64,000 nt of DNA from Candidatus Obscuribacteraceae bacterium (lineage in GTDB: Bacteria > Cyanobacteriota > Vampirovibrionia > Obscuribacterales > Obscuribacteraceae). The DNA lies in NCBI GenBank assembly GCA_044226015.1, contig JBGAHS010000003.1, positions 736,001 through 800,000 on the forward strand. Reading direction: 5' to 3'. Positions 39,352-49,673 of the stretch are shown in pieces. The position numbers and the translations under genes are program-made. Each line of letters begins with the position of its first letter. The stretch's first letter is position 1. The notes under the pieces were generated by a model that was not told the DNA's origin, did no database searches, and saw nothing but the letters and a program-made list of their open reading frames with translations.

Positions 39352-40032
39352 TTATTTTGCCTTTTTCGGATAAGCGCAGTCCATTGTGAGTTCTACTGCA
39401 CTGATACCAAGGCGCGTTACCATCGCTCCAATCAAGAAGGGTGCTCTGTATTTAGCAATGGTTGGATTATTTGAGAGATAGCTCAACGAACCCGCCACAA
39501 CACCAACGTCTGCAACGAGTCCCGCTGTTGGCAGAACAGCTTCACCTAGACTTTCACATCTGCTCAAACGCATGATGTCTTTGGTTCCTTGAAGAGCACC
39601 CAGAGCACCAAAAGCACCAACACCGTAAGACCTGTTAGCGCTGAGGCCACTTCCAGCAAAGCGAAGCACAAATGCATCAGCGTGCAGGCTCGCAACATCA
39701 ACCAATAGTTGCTTGCCATTATCCGTCATTTGAATCGATCTACTCAAAGCACTGTTGATGTCAGACTTGAGCTTTGCGACGCGGTTTGCATCGTCTTTGA
39801 GGTCACTTGCAACAATCTTGAGCTGAGTTTCAAATTCCCCACGATCTGCTTCTTTCTTAATATCGAGAGCTGCTGTTTTCAGCTCGGGCATCGATGATCT
39901 CATAGCCTCTAACAGCTCTCGCTGCAGGGGAGGAATAGGGGCAGCTGGCTGCTCCGCACTCTCTTCCTTATTCGCAAACAAGTCATGTCTGTGTTTGATT
40001 GGATCGGCTTTTTCCTGTTCCACAACGTCCAT
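39352..40032 (-). CDS. Hypothetical protein with C-terminal hydrophobic segments
   Basis: 226-aa ORF; SD GAGGG. Confidence 0.65.
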   Translation of the reverse strand: MDVVEQEKADPIKHRHDLFANKEESAEQPAAPIPPLQRELLEAMRSSMPELKTAALDIKKEADRGEFETQLKIVASDLKDDANRVAKLKSDINSALSRSIQMTDNGKQLLVDVASLHADAFVLRFAGSGLSANRSYGVGAFGALGALQGTKDIMRLSRCESLGEAVLPTAGLVADVGVVAGSLSYLSNNPTIAKYRAPFLIGAMVTRLGISAVELTMDCAYPKKAK

Positions 40033-40493
40033 TTCTAATTCCCTCGTCCTTCGCTAAACAAAGTAAACAGGACGGCGTTGACATATTAGTAACCTCTACT
40101 AATGAATTGTCCGGGCGATTTCCAAACCCAATCTCGTTTCTCGATCATGAATTCGCCTTCAAATTTGGCTGCTTCGGCCACCTGCGCAAAGCTGAAATCT
40201 GAGAGTTCAATTTACTGGTAGCGGGAGGGGAAAGCTGGATACACAGTACTGACAGGCATTTCCAGGCTGGATGCTCTAATTGAATGATTGAACCTCAACT
40301 CAATTTTATTGTTGACGTTGGAATTCAATACAGCGAATGTCTTATTTTGCCGATAGATTCCGTCACATCATCACACCTCATCAGAACAAGCACAAAAACA
40401 AAGAAAACTCTTTCTCGTCGAAGACACGTTGGGTGTAGGAAAAGGAATCGCAACACGTAAATCAAGCGTGCCTAACTAACTGAGGATCTCACC

Positions 40494-41336
40494 ATGACCC
40501 TCCCGAAAAGATTGCGGCAGTTCCTGCTGCAACACAAAAGGAGCGCTGACTCTTTCTTGTTTCTTCTCTCGTGCCTGGCGCTGGGAATATTCGTCAGCAA
40601 CGAATTCTTCGCACTGAAGCCGAACGCTCTTATGATTGAGCCGGCCCAGTGGGTTTCGTTGCAGATGATTGCGCGTACAAGCATCTGGCTCTGTTTTGTA
40701 GCTCACTTCACTGTGTACGGGATGCTCAGCGGCAGCCTGTTTCGCTACATCAAAGAGCACTTTGTCGAATTACTAATCTGCATCACGTGGTTTCCACACC
40801 ACAACGTCAGTCTCCTGCAGGACTTCACCAGAGTTCTCTCCGTTGAGACTGTCCAGCTAGTGGGCATGCTCGCTAACGGCTTGCTGGTGGTTCGTCACAT
40901 CGTAAGAAGTGTAGCGACGCATCCAGTAATCGTGACGGGCTCTGTCTTTTTGCTGGTAATCATTTCTGCGTCAGAGCTGTTGATGCAGGTGGAACCGCAA
41001 ACGTTCCCGAACTTGTTCGACGCCATCTGGTATTCCGTGGTGACGACGACAACGATCGGTTACGGGGACATAGTGCCGCACACCTTCGCTGGTCGATGCA
41101 TCGGCATCGGGCTGATGATTACTGGTATCTCACTTGCCGGTACTTTCATCGCAATCGTTTCGCAATCACTTCAACGTCGCTTTGGTCAACAAGGCGACAA
41201 ACAAGAGATAGCGAATATGCAAGAGCGCCTGCGCGACCTGGAAGCACAAAATGCAAAGCTTACTGCTGCTCTCGAGCGCGACAATGAGCTTAAGCAAAAG
41301 CTGCTGGAAGCCCTCCAGAAGCAAGAAAACAAATAG
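40494..41336 (+). CDS. Potassium channel (6-TM-like, C-terminal coiled coil)
   Basis: Selectivity filter TTIGYGD; DAIWYSVVT; SD GAGG. Confidence 0.92.
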   Translation: MTLPKRLRQFLLQHKRSADSFLFLLSCLALGIFVSNEFFALKPNALMIEPAQWVSLQMIARTSIWLCFVAHFTVYGMLSGSLFRYIKEHFVELLICITWFPHHNVSLLQDFTRVLSVETVQLVGMLANGLLVVRHIVRSVATHPVIVTGSVFLLVIISASELLMQVEPQTFPNLFDAIWYSVVTTTTIGYGDIVPHTFAGRCIGIGLMITGISLAGTFIAIVSQSLQRRFGQQGDKQEIANMQERLRDLEAQNAKLTAALERDNELKQKLLEALQKQENK

Positions 41337-41350
41337 GATGCAGACGACTT

Positions 41351-41396
41351 AAGAGCTGGAGCTGGCAATTCAAAGCCTCTCCAGCTCTTTGTTTTT
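41351..41396 (+). terminator. Terminator of K+ channel gene
   Basis: AAGAGCTGGAG/CTCCAGCTCTT then TGTTTTT. Confidence 0.75.
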
Positions 41397-41610
41397 GCCA
41401 GCCACCTACTACCGGCACTCGTAGGGCGTAGCGAAAGGCGAAAGGCGAAACTCATCCAAGACCCGTCCAGAACACAAAGTTGATGCACATATAAAGTTGC
41501 ACTGATTGCTTCTGGTCATAGCAACGCTACCACTCGGCATAGTACGAAGAGCCGAAAAAAAAGAGTTCCCACGCCACGTACTTGCAAAAAAGTGCCAAAA
41601 AGACAAGAAA

Positions 41611-41647
41611 GCGGTCGAAAATCAGGTCTCCCTGATAATTCGACCGC
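41611..41647 (-). terminator. 3' hairpin of the 41659-42594 gene pair
   Basis: GCGGTCGAA..ATCAGG/CCTGAT..TTCGACCGC followed by repeated CTTTTT on minus strand. Confidence 0.7.
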
Positions 41648-41658
41648 CCCTTGCGCAA

Positions 41659-42057
41659 TCACTTCACGCGCCGCCGAGACACCGAGAAACGACCGCCAGA
41701 GCGATTGTGAATCTCCGTGTAGGTGACTGCGAAGTTACGTTCGCGAAGCAGCTTGATTGCGCCCTTGCGAACGTTTTCGTGCGGAACCTTCACGACGTGA
41801 ATCAGCGCTTCGGATTCACCGAAATGCCGCGACACGTATTCGTGATACTGAGCCTGAACCCAGTCGGCGAGCTCCAGCACCGCGCGTTCCTCCCGATTGA
41901 GATAGGGACCATTCGAGATGACGCGATGCTTCTTGAGAAAAGCACGCTTCAAGCCCAAACGGCTGTGGAACACCGCAGGCGTGTAACCCGGGTTCTCGAC
42001 GACCACACGAAGCTCAGGCTTCGTGCTTTTGCTCTTGCTTGTCAAAACCAAAGTCAT
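41659..42057 (-). CDS. Hypothetical basic protein, paralog of 42136-42594
   Basis: SD AAGGAG; VENPGYTPAVF, ELADWV..HEY..RH. Confidence 0.8.
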   Translation of the reverse strand: MTLVLTSKSKSTKPELRVVVENPGYTPAVFHSRLGLKRAFLKKHRVISNGPYLNREERAVLELADWVQAQYHEYVSRHFGESEALIHVVKVPHENVRKGAIKLLRERNFAVTYTEIHNRSGGRFSVSRRRVK

Positions 42058-42135
42058 TTGCTGACTCCTTTCATGCTAAGCGTCCCTATCCTTATCAGGG
42101 ACTGCAATTGAGGAGTCAGCCAGATGACTGCTCCT

Positions 42136-42594
42136 CTACGACCAGCGACGCACCATGAAGAAACTGGTGCCTCTGTCGCTGTGCCTCGTTTTCACGGCGA
42201 TGCCGCGAGACTGCATTGTCCGAATCGATTCGGCGATGACCGCATCGGACGGAACGCAATCGGTGAAGGCGACCGATTCGAGCTGCGCGACATGTCGGGC
42301 GCAATGCTCATTGTGGCTTTGTTCGAGCCAATTGGCGAACTCCACCGCAGAGACCCGAGCACTCGGTTTGGAACCGGTGCGGGCGAAGCCGATGACGTTC
42401 TGCATCACTCTTCTGTCCGCCCCATGCAACGCCGCAACACGCGGGTCATACGGGACAGGAAGCTGATTCCGAACGAGTCGGAACTTCGCCTCGAAAGCGC
42501 GACGGCGCTTCAACCCGCTCTCAAAAACCGCAGGACGAAACCCAGGGTTGTCGACGGCGAGATATATTCCAGAAGTGATGGCTCCTGAGTTCAT
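42136..42594 (-). CDS. Hypothetical basic protein, paralog of 41659-42057
   Basis: SD GGAG; VDNPGFRPAVF, EFANWL..NEH..RH. Confidence 0.8.
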   Translation of the reverse strand: MNSGAITSGIYLAVDNPGFRPAVFESGLKRRRAFEAKFRLVRNQLPVPYDPRVAALHGADRRVMQNVIGFARTGSKPSARVSAVEFANWLEQSHNEHCARHVAQLESVAFTDCVPSDAVIAESIRTMQSRGIAVKTRHSDRGTSFFMVRRWS

Positions 42595-42605
42595 TCCGTT
42601 CTCCG

Positions 42606-42621
42606 TTTAAAAGCCAAAAAA
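42606..42621 (-). repeat. Tail motif copy after the M4 gene
   Basis: TTTAAAAGCCAAAAAA. Confidence 0.65.
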
Positions 42622-42626
42622 AAATA

Positions 42627-42673
42627 GGGTGCTGGAGCCCAATGCAGCGAACTGCATCAGAACTCCAGCACCC
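42627..42673 (-). terminator. 3' hairpin/terminator of the M4 peptidase gene
   Basis: GGGTGCTGGAG/CTCCAGCACCC with inner ATGCAG/CTGCAT, T9 run on minus strand. Confidence 0.8.
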
Positions 42674-42705
42674 ACGAACTCAGTTACTCAGTCCGGAAGC
42701 GGAAC

Positions 42706-43728
42706 TTACGACTTCGACGGAACGACGCCGACCGCGTCCCAGGCCTTCTTCAGCGACGACTCGAGCGAGCCGAAGCCGAGCGGACCGCAGGCCGCGATGG
42801 TGTCGTGGGCGAACTTGGCGAAGTCCGGCTTCGAACCCGACGTGGCGCGAGCCGCGTACCAGATCTTGCCGGCCTTCTCCCAGGCGTAGCCGCCGACATC
42901 CGTGGCGAACAGCGCGAACGCGCGGTTCGGAATGCCGGAGTTGTAGTGGACGCCGCCGTTGTCGTCCCAGGTCTTGACGAAGTCCTTCATGTGCGCCGGC
43001 TGCGGGTCACGGCCGAGCTTCGGGTCGTTGTAGGCCGTGCCGGGCTTCATCATGTTGCGGATGCCTTCGCCCTTGATGCCGGGAACGAAGATGCCGCGAC
43101 CGAGCACCCAGTCGATCTGGTCGACCGTCTGCTTCTTCGAGTAGGCCTCGATGAGCTTGCCGAACACGTCCGAGTGGCTCTCGTTGAGGGCGCCGGACTG
43201 GTAGGAGTACTCGAGGTTCGACTCGAACTCGGTGACGCCGTGCGTGATCTCGTGACCGCACACGTCGAGGATGACGAACGACGAGAAGATCGTGCCGTCA
43301 CCGTCGCCGTAGGTCATCTGGGAGCCGTCCCAGTAGGCGTTGTCGTAGTCCTGGTCGTAGTGGACGGTCGAAACGAGCGCCATGCCCTTGTTGTCGATCG
43401 AGTTGCGGCCGTGGACGTTCGTGTAGAAGTCGCGCACGAAGCCGGTGAAGTCGTAGGCCTTGTTCACGACCTCGTCCTTCGTCGGAGCATCGCCCTCGAA
43501 ACGAGCCTTCACGCCGGGACGGCTGGTGCCGTTCTGCGCGTCGTAGACCTGGCGAGCGGAGTCGCCGGTGACACGGGGACGGATGCGCGAGCGGAACAGA
43601 CCCTGGGTCTTGGCGAGGGTGTTCAGCGCGGACAGGTTGTTGGCATCGCGGCTCGCGATCTGCAGCAGCAGGTGCGAAGGAACGATACCGGTGAGACGGC
43701 GAACGCCATTGGTGGGAAGCTGAGACAT
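42706..43728 (-). CDS. Protealysin-like M4 metalloprotease (short propeptide, no signal peptide)
   Basis: IVPSHLL propeptide motif, NAYWDG, HEITHG, GALNESHSD, GGVHYNSGIPN. Confidence 0.93.
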   Translation of the reverse strand: MSQLPTNGVRRLTGIVPSHLLLQIASRDANNLSALNTLAKTQGLFRSRIRPRVTGDSARQVYDAQNGTSRPGVKARFEGDAPTKDEVVNKAYDFTGFVRDFYTNVHGRNSIDNKGMALVSTVHYDQDYDNAYWDGSQMTYGDGDGTIFSSFVILDVCGHEITHGVTEFESNLEYSYQSGALNESHSDVFGKLIEAYSKKQTVDQIDWVLGRGIFVPGIKGEGIRNMMKPGTAYNDPKLGRDPQPAHMKDFVKTWDDNGGVHYNSGIPNRAFALFATDVGGYAWEKAGKIWYAARATSGSKPDFAKFAHDTIAACGPLGFGSLESSLKKAWDAVGVVPSKS

Positions 43729-43800
43729 AGTTTTCAGTCCTTTCTTGTGACGAATTAACGTCGGGTTATGGAGAATTCATCAGACACACGCACACAAGAA

Positions 43801-43897
43801 CACCCAGGCTCGAGACATATACAGTTCCACTCGACCGAAATCGATAGAGGGAAAGAGCTAATTGCTGCTGCTGTATGTGTTGGTTGAGACCTGGGTG
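43801..43897 (-). promoter_or_regulatory. Structured 5' leader of the M4 gene
   Basis: CACCCAGG/CCTGGGTG, ACATACAG/CTGTATATGT and an inner TTCC-CTC..GAG-TGGAA hairpin. Confidence 0.55.
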
Positions 43898-44277
43898 ATT
43901 TGAAATGCGAAACTGATGACATCTAGAACTTCGTCGATCTGACCTGTCCAACACAAGGAAATACAGCGTGTTTTCCCCGCTCGGCACAGAAAGGTGCCTA
44001 GCGGGACTGAACTAGGGTTACCCTAGCTGCGCAAAGCACTAATAATCCCCGCTGCAGTACCGATTTCGGTGCATTAGTGTTCAGCTGGTCTCTGGAAAAC
44101 CTAGCAGACACTCACTGCTAACCTCACACTTTCTTTCATGTTAGCTACCGCAAGCATCGAATTTAGGAGACAGCTGGGCCAGAACCACCCTTCTGACACT
44201 TGATCACGGTTATTATTTCGCAACAGTATTGCAAAGCAATAAAGCATGGTCTGCGCTAAGATTTAGGCATCGTTGAG

Positions 44278-45099
44278 GTGCTTATGTCCAAGATTTTCAT
44301 GGCAGTTCTGCTAGCGCTGCTTATCGCAGGTGGAGCCTATTGGTATTGGACGGGCACACCTCAGTACAGCATGCTGAAAATATTCGAAGCTGTAAAATCC
44401 CACGACCTGGAAAAATTCAGGACGTACTTCGACGTTGAAACGGTGGCTAGCCATGCAGTGGATGACCTTAGCTCTAGCTCTTCTAATACCCAAGATATTG
44501 GCGGACCTGGTCTGCTAGCTAGACTGCTAGGACGAACACTAGGTGGACTTCTTAAACCCGAGTTAAGTCACGCCCTTGCAAACAAGATCAACAACTACGT
44601 TGCTGGCGAAGCAAAGGACTCACAGCAGACAAAAGCCGAAAATAAGGGCAGCACGCAGTCAGAAGAGTCGAATTCAGAGAATGACAATGACGGCATTTCG
44701 CTTGCAATCAAAAGTAGCAAGGACGACGGGCAAACATCTGTCGATGTGCCTGGAATAGTTTCAATATCAACAAACCAGCAAGACAACTCTATTTCCGTAA
44801 AAAGCAAGAGCATCAAAGGGCTAGTCACAGGTTTCCTCCACAAAATTGGAGATGTTGTGAAATTCCCAAGCTTGCGGGACTTACTCCAGGAAATCGGACT
44901 TACAAGAGAAAGTTATCGCGGTCTTAGCGCGTTTCAAACAGATGGCGAGTTTTCGCATGTTTCTTTGCGCTTTCAGCCTGCCGACCGACCAGAAATTCTG
45001 GTTGAACTTGAGCTGCTAGAATCTGAGCACCACTGGCGAGTTGTCAGGTTTTCCAATTTAGCCCAGCTGTCAAAGACAGTGCCCGGATTTTATATTTAA
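44278..45099 (+). CDS. DUF2939-like membrane-anchored protein
   Basis: YWYWTGTPQYS...AV..HD...F..Y.D; paralog of next gene. Confidence 0.7.
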   Translation: MLMSKIFMAVLLALLIAGGAYWYWTGTPQYSMLKIFEAVKSHDLEKFRTYFDVETVASHAVDDLSSSSSNTQDIGGPGLLARLLGRTLGGLLKPELSHALANKINNYVAGEAKDSQQTKAENKGSTQSEESNSENDNDGISLAIKSSKDDGQTSVDVPGIVSISTNQQDNSISVKSKSIKGLVTGFLHKIGDVVKFPSLRDLLQEIGLTRESYRGLSAFQTDGEFSHVSLRFQPADRPEILVELELLESEHHWRVVRFSNLAQLSKTVPGFYI

Positions 45100-45158
45100 C
45101 CCAAACAGCCCTGCATAGGGAATAATAGTCATAGAGCCCCGCATGCAGTTATTCTCTC

Positions 45159-45974
45159 TTGATTAGACTAGTAGAGCGTTTAATCTACCCCCTTTTCTTC
45201 GTGACCGTGGTCCTCGGTTTGGCGTATTGGTATTGGACGACAACTCCAACTTACGCGCTTTCTCAGATAGTTGCAGCCGTAAAAAACAAAGATTCAGAGA
45301 CTTTCGAAAAATACGTAGACATCGAGAGCATCGCTTTTCGCGCAATCGACGATGTACTCCATGGACCAGCGCGCGAGTCAGGCATGCTGGGAAACTTTGA
45401 CAGCATGATTGGCGTTGGTATTATCGGTATTTTTAAGCCTGAAATTGCAGAGATTGCAAAAACTCAGGTGCTGAAATTTATCGAAGCTGGCACACTCGTC
45501 AATGCGATAAACGAAGGAAAAAAGCAACTTAGCGGCAATGCCCCTGCGACGCAACCGGCACAGCTCGCGAGCAACCCACCACAACAGGCTGTGCTGCCTG
45601 TTTCGGATGATAAGCCGCCGGAAAGCTCTCCTGTTTCCGACTCAATAGTGGGTAAGTACACTAAAAAACTCAAGCTAAACAAACAACTCAAGGCTTACGG
45701 CATTTCCGCAAAGGGCTTCAAAGGCATCGATTATATAAAAACTGATGGACCAACAGCCCTGATTGGCTTCAAATTTCACAGCGAGCAATTCAATCGCAAC
45801 ATAATTATCGAACTTAAAATGGAAGAAGCTGGCGGCTATTGGAGAGTGACCGAGCTTTCCAATCTCAATGACTTGATCAACATTTATCTGGAAACAAAGG
45901 ATAAGCTTGAGTCGTCAGCCTTGCCACAGAATGTGATTTTGCAAATATCCAAGACTCAATATTTGATCGCTTAG
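45159..45974 (+). CDS. DUF2939-like membrane-anchored protein
   Basis: YWYWTTTPTYAL...AV..KD...FEKYVD; WRV..LSNL. Confidence 0.7.
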   Translation: MIRLVERLIYPLFFVTVVLGLAYWYWTTTPTYALSQIVAAVKNKDSETFEKYVDIESIAFRAIDDVLHGPARESGMLGNFDSMIGVGIIGIFKPEIAEIAKTQVLKFIEAGTLVNAINEGKKQLSGNAPATQPAQLASNPPQQAVLPVSDDKPPESSPVSDSIVGKYTKKLKLNKQLKAYGISAKGFKGIDYIKTDGPTALIGFKFHSEQFNRNIIIELKMEEAGGYWRVTELSNLNDLINIYLETKDKLESSALPQNVILQISKTQYLIA

Positions 45975-45988
45975 TTTGATTCGATTCG

Positions 45989-48145
45989 CTAGCTATTCAA
46001 ATAAAACTTCTCGCGGTCAGAAGCTTTCTTGCGCAGAAGATCGCAGGGCTTATACCGAGAGCCTTCGACTTGGGCCAGGAGTTCAAGCTTATCACAAAGA
46101 GAACGGATTCCTTTGCTATCGGCATAGCGCAAAATACCTCCTTCAAACGGAGGAAAGCCAGTCCCGAAAATCAAAGCCAGGTCGAGCAGCGCCGGTTCTT
46201 CAACAATCTTTTCTTCAAGACATCTTACTGCTTCATTTAGCATAAGCAATACCAAACGATCCTGAATCTGCGACTTCTGAAGCTTTCGAACTGGTGCTTT
46301 GATACAAGCCTGAAAATCAGGGTTCACCGTAATTTTTAGCCGTCCCTTTCTTTTGGGATCGTCTTCGTAAACGTAAATTCCACGTCCTGATTTTTTTCCC
46401 AGGAGTTTCAAATCCTTAATCGATTTCATAACAACAGGCTCTGCAAGCCGCTCGCCGAGAGCCTCATACATAACATGTATAACTTTGCCTGCTATATCAA
46501 GCCCAACTTCATCAAGTAAAGCCATCGGACCCATAGGCATTCCAAAGGCTTTCATAGCCTTATCAATGTCTTCTACAGGTACACCTTCTTGAGCCAAAAT
46601 AGCGGCTTCACGCATGTACGGCGCCAGAATTCTATTAACAACAAAGCCTGGTGCATCCGCTGTCACCACGCAGGTCTTATCGAGTTCCATCGCGAAATTC
46701 ATCGCTAACGCTACAGTCTTATCATCAGTCTTTTGCCCACGTACTACTTCTACCAGAGGCATTTTGTGCACAGGATTGAAGAAGTGAATGCCCACCACAG
46801 ACGAAGGATTTTTTGCGGACTCTGCCATCTTATCGATGGAGAGAGAGGAGGTGTTTGAAGCAAAGACAAAAGATTTGCTGATTACCTTTTCAAGTTCCTG
46901 CAAGACCTGTCTTTTTGCATCAAGGTCTTCGATTACCGCTTCAATTACAAGATCGCAGTCTGCCAGCGGTGCATACTCTGTCGTAAAAACCATTTCCGAC
47001 ATGTGCTTGTCCATTTCGCTCTGCTGCATACGGTGTTTCTCAACCAACGAAGAAAACAATTTCTTGATAGTGTCACGTCCCTTCTCAACAAACTCAGGCT
47101 TCACGTCTTTGACGAACACCTTGAAACCAGCTTTAGCAGCGGCTTGCGCTATGCCTGCCCCCATAACCCCTGCGCCAAGCACGGCGACTGTTTTGATAGC
47201 ACCTTTTTCGATTTCAATTGGTACTTTTTTGCTTTCTTGCTGGGCAAAAAAGATGCCTACCAGATTTCGCGAAACATCTGTCATTGCTAGCTTAGCGAAG
47301 CCAGCCGACTCCATTTCGTAAACCTTGCTTGCCGGTTTCAGCGCAGACGCAATAATCACATCTAACGCTTCTTTTGGCGCCGGATATTTTCCTTTTGTTT
47401 GAGTCATAATGCCTTTCAAAGCCATGGTTTTAATTACGCTCAAACCATATTTATTTGTTTCCAAAATTTGTTTTTGCAGCTTTTGCTGAAACTTCAAAAC
47501 TGGCTGCGGCTTGACTGCGCCTTCACGAGCAATTTGCATCGCGCGAGCATCAAGATCCTTACTCTCAACGACATCAACAAGCAGTCCCAGTTTCTTAGCC
47601 TTTTCGGCGTTTATAACCTTGCCCCCGAGAATCAAATCCAGAGCCGTAGCAATTCCTAATAGCTTGGGCATGCGAACACAACCACCCCATCCAGGAATAA
47701 AGCCCAGCTTAATCTCTGGCAAGCCCATTTTTGCATTCCTAGAAGCTACTCGATACTTGCAAGACAGAGCGAGTTCCATGCCACCGCCCAGACAGACACC
47801 ATTGATAGCCGCAACGGTGTTAAAAGGCAAATTCTCAATTTTTTGAAAGAGCGCCTTTCCTAGCTGAGACGCGTGGTAAGCATCATCGATCGACTTCGTC
47901 TGAATAGACTGAATTTCCTTTACGTCGGCTCCTGCTATAAAACTATCGTCCTTGCCCGAAGCAATCACAAGTCCTTTTACATTAGAACTTGAGCGCACTT
48001 TTTCTATCAGCTCTTCCAACTCGGCCATAGATTCTGAGCCAAGAGTATTCACCTTTGAGTTGCGCATATCAATGCGTATACAAGCAATTCCGGAATCAAG
48101 AATATCCAGCTGCATGTGTTTTTCAACGTCTGTATGAGTGCTCAT
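45989..48145 (-). CDS. fadJ: Fatty acid oxidation complex alpha subunit (enoyl-CoA hydratase / 3-hydroxyacyl-CoA dehydrogenase)
   Basis: FIAGADV, CLGGGMELAL, GLPEIKLG, GAGVMGAG, HFFNPVHKMPLVE. Confidence 0.9.
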   Translation of the reverse strand: MSTHTDVEKHMQLDILDSGIACIRIDMRNSKVNTLGSESMAELEELIEKVRSSSNVKGLVIASGKDDSFIAGADVKEIQSIQTKSIDDAYHASQLGKALFQKIENLPFNTVAAINGVCLGGGMELALSCKYRVASRNAKMGLPEIKLGFIPGWGGCVRMPKLLGIATALDLILGGKVINAEKAKKLGLLVDVVESKDLDARAMQIAREGAVKPQPVLKFQQKLQKQILETNKYGLSVIKTMALKGIMTQTKGKYPAPKEALDVIIASALKPASKVYEMESAGFAKLAMTDVSRNLVGIFFAQQESKKVPIEIEKGAIKTVAVLGAGVMGAGIAQAAAKAGFKVFVKDVKPEFVEKGRDTIKKLFSSLVEKHRMQQSEMDKHMSEMVFTTEYAPLADCDLVIEAVIEDLDAKRQVLQELEKVISKSFVFASNTSSLSIDKMAESAKNPSSVVGIHFFNPVHKMPLVEVVRGQKTDDKTVALAMNFAMELDKTCVVTADAPGFVVNRILAPYMREAAILAQEGVPVEDIDKAMKAFGMPMGPMALLDEVGLDIAGKVIHVMYEALGERLAEPVVMKSIKDLKLLGKKSGRGIYVYEDDPKRKGRLKITVNPDFQACIKAPVRKLQKSQIQDRLVLLMLNEAVRCLEEKIVEEPALLDLALIFGTGFPPFEGGILRYADSKGIRSLCDKLELLAQVEGSRYKPCDLLRKKASDREKFYLNS

Positions 48146-49407
48146 CAGTGCACCTCCAGCAAAGTCGCTATTCCCATACCGCCACCTATGCAGAGAGAGG
48201 CTATGCCTCTGCGCAGCTTACGCGCTTTCAACTCATGAGCCAGTGTCAAAATCAGCCTTGCACCAGACATTCCAATGGGGTGACCCAGCGCGATAGCACC
48301 ACCATTAACATTTACTCTCTCGCGATCAAGCGCCAGAAGTTTCTCGCAAGCGAGGTATTGAGCTGCAAAAGCTTCATTGATCTCGAAAAGATCAATATCG
48401 CGCAATCCCAAATTATTTCGCTCTAGCAAAGCACCAATTGCGAAAACCGGTCCCAACCCCATTTGATCGGGGTCCACACCAACAACAACACTGTCGACAA
48501 GCTCACACAAAGGCTCTGCACTAATTCTCTCGACACATTCCTCATTCGCCAGAGCGAGCACACAGGCACCATCATTGATACCAGAACTATTTCCTGCAGT
48601 AATATCTGTTGTTCGAGCTTCCGGTGGCTTCATACCAAGAAACTTAAGCGCAGTCTTATTGAGCTTCATGCCGCCTTTCAAACTCGCAAGTTTTTCAAGG
48701 GATGTCTCGCGAATGTGCTCATCTTGATCAAACAGTCCGCGACCTTTTACAACAATGCCTTCAATTTCTTTCTTGAATCGGCCATCATTGCGAGCCTTCG
48801 CGGCCAGCTGCTGGGAACGAAATGCATACGCATCTGCGTCTTGCCTGCTAATGCCGTAAGTGTCAGCCAAACGTTGCGCCGTAGCCGCCATGAAAGCTGT
48901 TCTCGTGTCAAAAACGGTGTCTCCTGGTACGAGTCCATCATCGGCAATAGCTCCAGTGACAAGCCGAGGCCCATATGGAAAGTATTGAGCCAGTGGTCCG
49001 GTATAACGTAGTTTAGCCGGAAGAAGGTAAGGCACTCCGGACATCGACTCAGCACCACCAGCCAGATAAAGATATCCGTTTCCCAGAGCGATTTCCTTCA
49101 TGGCAAGATTAACAGCTTCCATGCCAGATCCACATTGACGCTGAACTGTCATAGACGGAATGCTGGAAGGTAACCCTGCAGCAAGAGCCGCACAGCGAGC
49201 CGTGTTCGGAGCATAAGAAGACTGATACCCATGGCCAAGAATAAAGCCCTGTATCTCTTCTGTTGATACCTTAGCTCTTCTAAGACAGGCGTTTATGGCT
49301 TCTTGTGTAAGTGTCTGTACCGGAACACTGCGCAGCGATTTCTTGAAGCTGCCGATCGCCGTCCTTGCACCTGTCAGCAGCCACGACCTGTGCCGTTTCG
49401 ATGTCAT
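48145..49407 (-). CDS. Acetyl-CoA C-acyltransferase (thiolase)
   Basis: QCGSG, NEAFAAQ, GHPIGMSG, CIGGGMG; coupled to fadJ; start 49407 or 49440. Confidence 0.93.
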   Translation of the reverse strand: MTSKRHRSWLLTGARTAIGSFKKSLRSVPVQTLTQEAINACLRRAKVSTEEIQGFILGHGYQSSYAPNTARCAALAAGLPSSIPSMTVQRQCGSGMEAVNLAMKEIALGNGYLYLAGGAESMSGVPYLLPAKLRYTGPLAQYFPYGPRLVTGAIADDGLVPGDTVFDTRTAFMAATAQRLADTYGISRQDADAYAFRSQQLAAKARNDGRFKKEIEGIVVKGRGLFDQDEHIRETSLEKLASLKGGMKLNKTALKFLGMKPPEARTTDITAGNSSGINDGACVLALANEECVERISAEPLCELVDSVVVGVDPDQMGLGPVFAIGALLERNNLGLRDIDLFEINEAFAAQYLACEKLLALDRERVNVNGGAIALGHPIGMSGARLILTLAHELKARKLRRGIASLCIGGGMGIATLLEVH

Positions 49408-49673
49408 AGCACCCCCATCCGCCCAAGCCTCAACACTCAATTTATAGCATCAAGCGAAACTTTCAGCCTTCACCCTGACAACAGCCCAAACAAATCTTAT
49501 GAAATGCATCTCATTACATCGGGAAAGACTTTTGTCTCCTGTCCCCCGGCTGCAGCACAGGCAGCACAGGCACCATATACGGTGCATAAGAAAGATCCTG
49601 TTTGCTAATAAATTTGCCGCAAGCAAAAGAGAGAAGTCGCTTAGAACAGCACAAGAAGCAAGAAATACACCCA

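Noticed and set aside
41431..41450. GCGAAAG x3 micro-repeat
   Set aside because: Single short occurrence with no supporting context.
43740..43785. Hammerhead ribozyme core (CTGATGA...GAAA) in the M4 leader
   Set aside because: No stem II closes between CTGATGA and GAAA, and no matching stems I/III were found.
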